Source: a virus. From it: DNA of 64,000 bases. A program made the position numbers and the translations under genes. The DNA is taken from positions 1 through 64,000 of IMG/VR virus record IMGVR_UViG_3300029267_003703, one strand, 5' to 3'. Below are positions 19,138 to 26,379 of this stretch, one piece after another. The notes under the pieces were generated by a model, which saw only the letters and a program-made list of their open reading frames with translations, made no database searches and was not told the origin of the DNA. Position 1 is the stretch's first letter. Each line of letters starts with the position of its first letter.

Positions 19138-19771
19138 CTGCCAGAAGTGTGGCGCGTGCTGCGCCTTCTTCGTAGAGCCTGAGATCGAGGAGTGCAAAGA
19201 CCCGAAGCCGGGGGAGCTGTACATGAAGGCCCGCCCGGCGGTCCTGAACGCCCCGCTGTTCAAGAGGGACCTAGAGCGGATGCCCAAGCGCATCCGGCAG
19301 CAGCTCGTCAGGTTCAGCAAGTTTCGTAGGCGGGACCCCGACATGGACCAGGTCGATACTGGGATGCGGCTCCCGGCGAAGAAGACCAAGTTCGGCTACG
19401 CCTGCAAGTTCTTCAAGGGCGAGATCGGTGGCCCTTGCTCATGTGGTATCTACGCCCACCGACCGTTCCACTGCCGCTACTTCATCCCCGACCCCGACAA
19501 CCCCGTCTGTGTGCTCTCTCGCACGGCCTTCGGCCTCGAGAAGAAGAAGATCTCGGAGTGGAAGTGCGGCGGCTGCAACAGCTACCAGCACATGCTGCTA
19601 CTCCCGTTCATCAAGAGGCCGCGCAAGTCCCGGACCCAGCTGTACTACGAAGAGGTTCGGTCCGGTCTGAAGAGGCCCGCTGGGGACTACATCAAGAAGA
19701 GTCTTCGTACTCTCGAAAGAGAGGGGAAGGCGCCGAAAGGGTCGAAGTATGAAAAGGTCTTGGCCACCTGA
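19115..19771 (+). CDS. YkgJ-family (CxxCxxCC) Fe-S/Zn cluster protein
   Basis: CQKCGACC ... CKFF ... CGIYAHRPFHCRYF. Confidence 0.8.
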   Translation: MPKVEEYDCQKCGACCAFFVEPEIEECKDPKPGELYMKARPAVLNAPLFKRDLERMPKRIRQQLVRFSKFRRRDPDMDQVDTGMRLPAKKTKFGYACKFFKGEIGGPCSCGIYAHRPFHCRYFIPDPDNPVCVLSRTAFGLEKKKISEWKCGGCNSYQHMLLLPFIKRPRKSRTQLYYEEVRSGLKRPAGDYIKKSLRTLEREGKAPKGSKYEKVLAT

Positions 19772-19967
19772 GCCCGTCAAACCTAAAGCCTTCGACGAAG
19801 GCTACCCCTGCTGCGACTGGTCCTTCACCGTCGTGAAGAACTGCACCTGTTGCAGGCACGGGGACGGCCCTTGCGAGACCTGCGGCACCACCAACGAACG
19901 CGACTACAAGCACAAGACGAGGGGAGGAAAGGGAGTCGTCGCGCGAATCCCGAACAGAAGAACATGA
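19749..19967 (+). CDS. Small Cys-rich hypothetical protein
   Basis: CC..CTCC..CETC; fills the gap and ends in an ATGA overlap with rnhB. Confidence 0.6.
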   Translation: MKRSWPPEPVKPKAFDEGYPCCDWSFTVVKNCTCCRHGDGPCETCGTTNERDYKHKTRGGKGVVARIPNRRT

Positions 19968-20611
19968 CCTACGAGCGATACAGACAGGAGCTCGAGTACA
20001 CCGGGGCCCGCTGCGTCATCGGCATCGACGAGGTCGGTGTCGGGGCGTGGGCGGGGCCCGTGTACGTAGGCGGCGTGCTGCTTGGAGTCGACACCGTCAT
20101 CCCGGGGGTGAAGGACTCCAAGCAGCTCAGTCACGAGCAGAGGTGCGAGCTGCGCAAGGAGATCCTCAAGTACGAGTGCATGTGCAAGTCGTTCGAGCCC
20201 GAGGAGATCGACGTGCTCGGCATCCAGACGTGCATCGACTTGGCCGTGCGCATCATCGCGGGGCGCCTGAGCAAGTTCATGCCGCGCGAGCACGTGCTCG
20301 TCGTGTTCGACGGCGACCGGCTGCCCCGCGACCTCAACTTCGCCGCACCTCACTCCGACATCTCGATGCAGGCCATCGCGCTGCCCAAGGCCGACACGTT
20401 CGTGCCGGCCGTCAGCGCGGCCAGCATCATCGCCAAGGTCAACCGCGACCGAGCGATGACCATCGAGCCTGACCCCGGCTACGGCTTCGCGGACCACAAG
20501 GGGTACGGCACCAAGCAGCACCGCGAAGCACTGGACCGACTCGGCCCGTCCGACTTCCACCGCTTTTCCTACAAGCCCGTCGCCGAGTCTTACCGCGCCC
20601 ACAACAGCTAG
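19964..20611 (+). CDS. rnhB: Ribonuclease HII
   Basis: GIDEVG.G.WAGP, VKDSKQL, FDG, KAD..VPAVSAASIIAKV.RD, HKGYGT..H..AL..LGP..HR.SY. Confidence 0.92.
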   Translation: MTYERYRQELEYTGARCVIGIDEVGVGAWAGPVYVGGVLLGVDTVIPGVKDSKQLSHEQRCELRKEILKYECMCKSFEPEEIDVLGIQTCIDLAVRIIAGRLSKFMPREHVLVVFDGDRLPRDLNFAAPHSDISMQAIALPKADTFVPAVSAASIIAKVNRDRAMTIEPDPGYGFADHKGYGTKQHREALDRLGPSDFHRFSYKPVAESYRAHNS

Positions 20612-20619
20612 GAGACAGC

Positions 20620-20778
20620 ATGATTCAGTTCTTCGAGACCGCCATGGGACGGCGGTTTTACGAGAGCACTGTGCCCGAGCTCGTCGAGCAGCTCAAAAGA
20701 CTCAACAGCAACATCGAGAAGCTCATCGAGCAGAACAAGGAGAAAGAAGATGTCGAACACGAAACTGGTCCTCGTTGA
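20620..20778 (+). CDS. 52-aa hypothetical protein (MIQFFETAMGRRFYE...)
   Basis: SD AGGAG; typical codons; below track cutoff. Confidence 0.7.
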   Translation: MIQFFETAMGRRFYESTVPELVEQLKRLNSNIEKLIEQNKEKEDVEHETGPR

Positions 20779-21400
20779 AGTTCGCGAGGTCATCTACAAC
20801 TACCACACCGTCACCCTGGAAGTGCCCGACGAGATCGGGGTCACCGACGAGCGCATCAAGCAGTTCGCGGAACAGCAGTTCGGGGAGCACATGGAGCTGT
20901 TCGACTGCGACGACTCGGAGCAGCAGGAGTACGACTGCACGATCATCAAGGGGATCGACAAGGAGCTCCTGGAGCAGCACCGGAAGCACGACGAGAGAAG
21001 CATCACGTTCTCGTGCACGTTCCGGCGTTGGCACGAGGCGACGCCGCTCGTGGAGCTCGATGCGGCCAACTTGGCCAACGCCACTGGCTATCTCGGGGAC
21101 GGAGAGCGCGGTGTCTACTACCGCATCAAGGAGATCAGCACGTTCTTCTACGCGTCGGCGCTCATCGTCACGCCCGAGGGCTCCGAGTACCTGTTCAAGG
21201 ACTACAAGTCCGGCAACGAGCTCAGGCTCGTCGACCACTGCCAAGACGAGTGCGGGCACTGGTGCAGCCAACACGACGTTGAGGTGGAGCCTCCGCCGCC
21301 GCGGTTCGGGGGAAGCGTCGAGCAAAGCGCAAGCCCAGCCTACCGACCGACGACCGGTTCGGCCTGCTCGTGGATGGAGAGTTCTGATGTGGAGCGGTAG
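20750..21400 (+). CDS. Hypothetical acidic protein
   Basis: SD AAGGAG; typical codon usage except the last ~35 codons. Confidence 0.7.
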   Translation: MSNTKLVLVEVREVIYNYHTVTLEVPDEIGVTDERIKQFAEQQFGEHMELFDCDDSEQQEYDCTIIKGIDKELLEQHRKHDERSITFSCTFRRWHEATPLVELDAANLANATGYLGDGERGVYYRIKEISTFFYASALIVTPEGSEYLFKDYKSGNELRLVDHCQDECGHWCSQHDVEVEPPPPRFGGSVEQSASPAYRPTTGSACSWMESSDVER

Positions 21401-22463
21401 CACCATCAGGCATCTACAGGACGAGGCGGCCCGCAAGGCCGCCGTGTTCGGCAAGCGCCCATACGTCCCCTTCGACCATGACGAGATCGATCGGTACGGC
21501 GACGAGCCCATCCCCTTCCCCAACATCGGAAGCTACGACCCGCCCGGCTGGGAGAAAGCTGGAGACGAGAACGGGGACATCATCAATCTGTTCGTGGACA
21601 GCTCCGGGTGGGGTAGCCCGTGCGAGTCCGCCCTCACCCTCGATCAGCTCAAGCAAAAGCTCCACGAGCTCCAAGACAGCGACGAGACCTACGGCTACGC
21701 CATCACCGAGGTCGGCCAGTTCCAGTTCTACATCACCGCGTTCAAGAGGACCGGTGAGCCCGAAGAGGAAGAGGTCGACGAGGAGGCGGCTGAGAGCGCG
21801 TGGGAGTATGAGAAGCAGCTCGAGCATATCCGTGACGGGGGCCTGTCGATGCACCTCAGGTCGGACATCACTGCCGCGGAGACTCCGGACGAAGAGGAGG
21901 ACTGGGCCCACAAGGTGTGGCGCTGGCTGTGGGAGAACGACCAGGAGGCGTTGATCCTCGTCGACGACTACAGCTACATGCCGAACCTCACATGGCGCCG
22001 CGTCCTGCCGGCCATTGTCGACATGGACATGCTCGACCCCGAGTCGGACTTGATCCTGCGCGATGTGGACCTTGATGGTTACCGCTTGCTCATGTGCGAC
22101 TGCCGAGAGCCTCACCGGCAAGGCAGGCCCCAGCAGGCCATCTACTACCGGCTGGTTCACCCAGACGGCTGGATCGTGTTCGAAGGCTCCGACTTTGGGG
22201 CCAACGAGACCGACAGCGACGACACCGTTCGAAGCCTCATCAGCTTCCTCACGCTGCGGAAGGGCGACACTGACGATGAGTACTTCAAGGACTACACCCC
22301 AGAGCAGCTCGAGTGGCGGGACTCATCTGCTGAAGAGCTCAGCATGTGGGGGGTGGAGCCCGAACAGCTCGAGGACGATCCATTCACCATGTACGAGGTC
22401 GACGGCGAGATGACCGTGTTCAAGCCGTGGGGCTACGAAGGGGCGGAGAAGGGCCGTGAGTAG
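21387..22463 (+). CDS. Acidic multi-module hypothetical protein
   Basis: Start MWSGSTIRHL after GGAG; appears to be three fused small domains. Confidence 0.7.
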   Translation: MWSGSTIRHLQDEAARKAAVFGKRPYVPFDHDEIDRYGDEPIPFPNIGSYDPPGWEKAGDENGDIINLFVDSSGWGSPCESALTLDQLKQKLHELQDSDETYGYAITEVGQFQFYITAFKRTGEPEEEEVDEEAAESAWEYEKQLEHIRDGGLSMHLRSDITAAETPDEEEDWAHKVWRWLWENDQEALILVDDYSYMPNLTWRRVLPAIVDMDMLDPESDLILRDVDLDGYRLLMCDCREPHRQGRPQQAIYYRLVHPDGWIVFEGSDFGANETDSDDTVRSLISFLTLRKGDTDDEYFKDYTPEQLEWRDSSAEELSMWGVEPEQLEDDPFTMYEVDGEMTVFKPWGYEGAEKGRE

Positions 22464-22968
22464 GAAAGACTACCGGGCTCTGGACCCCGCCCTAAGCGAG
22501 CAGGGGTGGGAGGTGGAGTTGACGAGCAACGGGCACGTCAAGGCTACCCCGCCGGGCAAGGAGCAACAGATTGTGCACTACTCCAAGTCCAGCGACCCAA
22601 GAGCGTTCAAGAACACCCTTCAGAACCTTCGAAGGTCGGGGTTCGTGTGGCCCTGGCCCACGGAGTCCTATCGAGTCTCTGACGGCGAGGAGGCGGAGGA
22701 AGAACAGGAGGAAGTAGAAGTGGAACAAGCAGCAGAGGCACAGGTGACGGATCTGCCAGTGCTTGATCCGGACCGACTCTACTACGAGTTGAAGGAGGCC
22801 CGAACCTACGCGGCACTGGCGAAGGAGGCGCTGGAAGAGTCCAAGCGCAAGTTCGAAGAAGCACAGAAGGCCCTTCGGGGCTCCGAAGAAGAGTACGAGC
22901 TCGCCATCGAGCAGATGAAGACCTGCAAGCATCTGTTCGACACGGCGTTCCACGAGGAGAAGCTATGA
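22456..22968 (+). CDS. HicA-like N-terminal domain fused to acidic linker and coiled coil
   Basis: QGWEVELTSNGHVK...SDPRAFKNTLQNLRRSG fits the HicA-like GW.v....gH.k pattern. Confidence 0.65.
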   Translation: MSRKDYRALDPALSEQGWEVELTSNGHVKATPPGKEQQIVHYSKSSDPRAFKNTLQNLRRSGFVWPWPTESYRVSDGEEAEEEQEEVEVEQAAEAQVTDLPVLDPDRLYYELKEARTYAALAKEALEESKRKFEEAQKALRGSEEEYELAIEQMKTCKHLFDTAFHEEKL

Positions 22969-23273
22969 AACAGCGGATGAACGCCTACGACGAGAAGGTC
23001 CTACACGAGTTTCTCGACAAGAAGGGCATCAAGACTGGCGGGCCCACCAAGAAGGTCCGGGTCCGTCTCGCAGCTCTCACACGAGTCGAGTACAGCTGTG
23101 TGCTCGAGGTTCCGGCGAACTACCCCGAGTTCGCTGGCGAGCTGGTCGACCACTTTTACGCCGACGTGGAGGGTAGCGAGTACAACGAGGACCCCGACTT
23201 TTGGGAGAAGGGGCACTGCTTCGTGGAGGAGGTGAAGGATGGGAAGGACGGGCAAGAGGGCGGAGAAGGTTGA
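22965..23273 (+). CDS. Hypothetical protein
   Basis: ATGA-coupled, SD GAGGAG. Confidence 0.7.
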   Translation: MKQRMNAYDEKVLHEFLDKKGIKTGGPTKKVRVRLAALTRVEYSCVLEVPANYPEFAGELVDHFYADVEGSEYNEDPDFWEKGHCFVEEVKDGKDGQEGGEG

Positions 23274-23541
23274 ACCGGAGACCCTCAAAGAGATGCAGAT
23301 GCGAGGGGGGACTTGGGCAGCCTACCAGAACCACGACATGGGGCACTCGAACTTGGGGCACATTGTGTGCCTGCAGTACGGTCCGGGTTGCACCTTCGAA
23401 ACGCCGCCCGAACGCATGCCGGACTCGCCGCGGATGGGCGTCATGTGGCGGTATGGCCTGATCGGGACGGTGAACATGGGCACGGGGGAGATCGAGCCGA
23501 AAGGAGGCAAGGATGTCGTACTACACGCTGGTAGGGACTAG
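23239..23541 (+). CDS. Hypothetical protein
   Basis: SD GGAGG; overlaps neighbours in operon fashion. Confidence 0.6.
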   Translation: MGRTGKRAEKVEPETLKEMQMRGGTWAAYQNHDMGHSNLGHIVCLQYGPGCTFETPPERMPDSPRMGVMWRYGLIGTVNMGTGEIEPKGGKDVVLHAGRD

Positions 23542-23863
23542 GGCGGGCAAAAGCCCGGCCGAAGACTACTTCGAGATGCCCAATGAGGAGCGGCCGGATG
23601 ACGGTTTGCTCGTGCCCCTTGGGTACGAGCCGTGGCCTTCCGCGAACTGTCCGGATTGCGCGCAGAAGGGCCGTGAGCACCCGCTCGTTTGGGCAGAAGC
23701 TGGGTTCGTGCCAGGGCACCGCGTGTGCCTTTGGTGCGGAAGTCACTTCGAACTGACCACAGACCGTGCTCTCTACAGAGAGGAACACTTGCATGCGCCT
23801 CGCGAAGACACCGCCTCTCTGTGGGTGCTTCGACGCGCGCGGTTCTACAGGAGGAGAGGATGA
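23513..23863 (+). CDS. Zn-ribbon-like hypothetical protein
   Basis: CPDC ... CLWCGS; SD AGGAGG. Confidence 0.65.
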   Translation: MSYYTLVGTRAGKSPAEDYFEMPNEERPDDGLLVPLGYEPWPSANCPDCAQKGREHPLVWAEAGFVPGHRVCLWCGSHFELTTDRALYREEHLHAPREDTASLWVLRRARFYRRRG

Positions 23864-24411
23864 GTGAGTACCGTTGGTACGTGCGCCAGATGTGGATCGG
23901 CGTGCGAGTGGCGGTGCCCAAGCCCTGGATCACTTCCGACTACCATGCCAGTGAGCTCGTCGGCGTGATCATCAGGTCCGGCCACGTGCGGGCGGTCGGC
24001 CACTTCTGCCACACGTACGTCTCGTATCTGGGCAAGAAGCGGTACGCCGCCGGCGCCGAGGATCGCATCTACCCGTTCCACTCACTGACGCTCGAACCGG
24101 GTGAGGAGCCCAAGAAGCTCGAGCTCGTCTTCATCGGCTGGTGCTCCGACAAGGATACGCCAGCCTTCATCACCGGATCGTTCACGCCATTGAGCCTGGT
24201 GGGGGCGGCCAAGGACCCGGACAACGTCGAGGTCATCCCATCAAAGCTGTGGCTTCCGCAGTGGACCCCCGAGTACCTGCGGAAGATGTGGGAGACCCAG
24301 GGGGTGCTGCGAGCAGTAGAAGAACGCCAGAAGGAACTGTGCCGGCGCGGGCTCAATGAGGTGAGGCGCGAGGCCGAGGAAAGGAGGACGCGTGAGCTCG
24401 AACAGGAATGA
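23860..24411 (+). CDS. Hypothetical protein
   Basis: ATGA-coupled start MSEYRWYV, SD GAGGAG. Confidence 0.7.
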   Translation: MSEYRWYVRQMWIGVRVAVPKPWITSDYHASELVGVIIRSGHVRAVGHFCHTYVSYLGKKRYAAGAEDRIYPFHSLTLEPGEEPKKLELVFIGWCSDKDTPAFITGSFTPLSLVGAAKDPDNVEVIPSKLWLPQWTPEYLRKMWETQGVLRAVEERQKELCRRGLNEVRREAEERRTRELEQE

Positions 24412-24640
24412 CCACTCTTGGGTGACACAGGAGATGTTCGACAAGAAGCTCGAGGAGCTTCTGGACAAGGAGACCGGAGGTTCGCTCCTGATGATTCCAG
24501 GACTGTACGAAGTCGTCAGCGAGCACTTCAACAACGCGGTGCTCGAGGCGTTGGAAGAAGAAAGAGACCCCAAGATGGGGCTCGAGCGCGGGGGTCCGGA
24601 CGACGAGGACGATGACTGGGAAGACCCGGAGGACCCGTGA
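24392..24640 (+). CDS. Small acidic hypothetical protein
   Basis: GTG start with AGGAGG; LLMIPGLYEVVSEHFNNAVL motif. Confidence 0.7.
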   Translation: MSSNRNDHSWVTQEMFDKKLEELLDKETGGSLLMIPGLYEVVSEHFNNAVLEALEEERDPKMGLERGGPDDEDDDWEDPEDP

Positions 24641-24957
24641 AGGCCCCCCAGTGGCACTTCTACGTCCTTCTGTGCCGTGACAACACCTACTACGCCGGCA
24701 TCACCACGAACCTGGAGGCCCGGCTCCGGCGACACAACGACGGCAAGGGGTCGAAGTACACGCGGGTCCGCTTGCCAGTTCGGTACGTTTTCCACATGAC
24801 CTCCGAGCACATGGACGAGCGCTTGGCCAAGCGCGTCGAGGCCTCCTTCAAGAAGCTCGACAGAGGAGCCAAGGAACGGTTCATGAACAGGGAGGGGAAG
24901 ACGTTCGACAGGCTCACCCGGGCCCTCGGATACGCCTGCTGTACCACCTTCGCCTGA
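24637..24957 (+). CDS. GIY-YIG nuclease (UPF0213/YazA-like)
   Basis: FYVLLCRDNTYYAGITTNL..RL..HN.GKGSKYTR.R.PV...E..FKKL.R..K. Confidence 0.9.
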   Translation: MKAPQWHFYVLLCRDNTYYAGITTNLEARLRRHNDGKGSKYTRVRLPVRYVFHMTSEHMDERLAKRVEASFKKLDRGAKERFMNREGKTFDRLTRALGYACCTTFA

Positions 24958-24963
24958 CGGCGC

Positions 24964-24993
24964 GACGGGGGCGCGACCCGCCCCCGTCTTTTT
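24964..24993 (+). terminator. Rho-independent terminator
   Basis: GACGGGGGCG-CGACC-CGCCCCCGTC 10-bp stem followed by TTTTT, just after the GIY-YIG stop. Confidence 0.9.
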
Positions 24994-25081
24994 AGCTACT
25001 GCTTTCTGTCGTTTGGGGTGGTACGCTGCCGACGACGGAAAGGCGCAGCGAGATGGGCTACGAGGACGCCAAAGCATTGAC

Positions 25082-25110
25082 TTGATCTTCTTTTCTATCT
25101 ACTCCATACT
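25082..25110 (+). promoter_or_regulatory. Sigma70-type promoter TTGATC-N17-CATACT
   Basis: AT-rich intergenic DNA, consensus spacing, ATG 9 nt downstream. Confidence 0.6.
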
Positions 25111-25119
25111 GCTCAGAAG

Positions 25120-25431
25120 ATGACACAAGAAGGCAACAGGTTGTCCGACGAGGAGCGCAAGGGACTGCCCGCTCGCGTGGACATCTCCAACGCCTACGCG
25201 TTCATCAAGGGAAGCGAGGCTCAAGACAGTCTTGCGGCCCTCACGTTCGACGAGATGATGCAGAGGCAGGTCGACCGCCTGGAGGGAAAAGACGGCGGCC
25301 GGTCCGCGATCGAGCGCATCACCGAGATCGAGAACCGCCTGAACGCAGTCGTCGAGCAGGCGAAAGAGCAGGAGGAGAGCGATGTCGATGCCGAGGACAA
25401 CGTCAACACCGAGGCGAACCCCAGTCAATAA
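25120..25431 (+). CDS. Hypothetical protein
   Basis: ORF directly after promoter; typical codons. Confidence 0.7.
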   Translation: MTQEGNRLSDEERKGLPARVDISNAYAFIKGSEAQDSLAALTFDEMMQRQVDRLEGKDGGRSAIERITEIENRLNAVVEQAKEQEESDVDAEDNVNTEANPSQ

Positions 25432-25663
25432 TGGGGTCGTTCAGCGGCCCGTGGCAGTGGAGCAAGCCCAGCTCGAGGTGCTCGGCCAGAACTACCACAT
25501 GCGGCTGGAGAGGTCGGAGGATCGGGTGAGGGCCGAGATCGACGCGGTCGGCATCGACCTGTTCGGCTTCTCCGTCGAGCACGTCCGGTTCAACATGGTC
25601 GCGTCCATCACGGCCCTGGCCAACTACTTCGCCAAGAACCGCCTGTCGGACCTCGCTCACTAG
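25382..25663 (+). CDS. Hypothetical protein
   Basis: SD GGAGGAG; 50-nt overlap with the previous gene. Confidence 0.65.
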   Translation: MSMPRTTSTPRRTPVNNGVVQRPVAVEQAQLEVLGQNYHMRLERSEDRVRAEIDAVGIDLFGFSVEHVRFNMVASITALANYFAKNRLSDLAH

Positions 25664-25709
25664 CCGGTTCCTTTTGGCGCCTTCGCCTTTCTGGTAGGGT
25701 AGACGCACC

Positions 25710-26372
25710 GTGACCGTCGACTTTCAAGTAGTCTACCCGCAGGACATCGTGCAGCTCACGCAAGTCAAAGAGCTGTTCGGCTATGACCCCAGGGCACTGT
25801 TCGTAGAGGGGAAAGACTTCCGCCGAGTGGAGGAAGTGCGGATCAACGACCAGATCTCCCCTCGGTACTCCATCATCTCGAAGAACCAGCTGGTCGCGCA
25901 GGTTCCCGATTCTGAGCTGGACCGGGACATCGATGAGGTATCGGTGCTGTCCGCGCGCCTCACCGTCACCCCAACGAGCATGTTGAGGTTTCGCATAGCT
26001 ACGGGTGCGGGCTCTGGCAAGGTCGAAGGGTTCATGCGGCTGCTCCAGCTGTATGTGAAGGTCCTTCTGACCACCCCCGGCACGGACATCTGGATGCCTG
26101 GGATCGGGGGTGGCCTTCTTCAGAAGGTGGGAGGCACGGTGAGCAGGAAAGATGAGGGGCGCGGGCTCATCTCCGAGGCCGTCATCTGCTGCGACAACAC
26201 GACGAGACAGATCATCGCCCTGCAGGCCCAGCAGCAGCTCCCTCCGGAGGAACGTCTGCTGTCGGCGAAGGTGGTCGCATCCGACTACGACCCGACCCTG
26301 CAGATGCTGACCGTCAGTCCGAAGATCGTGAGCCACGCCGGCGTGACCGGCTACGCCACGCTCGTCCTTTGA
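25710..26372 (+). CDS. Baseplate wedge protein, gp25/GPW-like with N-terminal IPT-like domain
   Basis: LLQLYVKVLLTTPGTD..PGIGGGL resembles the gp25 L.T..Ger...P.fG motif; precedes baseplate-J-like gene. Confidence 0.7.
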   Translation: MTVDFQVVYPQDIVQLTQVKELFGYDPRALFVEGKDFRRVEEVRINDQISPRYSIISKNQLVAQVPDSELDRDIDEVSVLSARLTVTPTSMLRFRIATGAGSGKVEGFMRLLQLYVKVLLTTPGTDIWMPGIGGGLLQKVGGTVSRKDEGRGLISEAVICCDNTTRQIIALQAQQQLPPEERLLSAKVVASDYDPTLQMLTVSPKIVSHAGVTGYATLVL

Positions 26373-26379
26373 GGTAGGC

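Noticed and set aside
24994-25119. tRNA or known ncRNA in the largest intergenic gap
   Set aside because: No T-loop GTTCRA, cloverleaf or recognisable riboswitch consensus.
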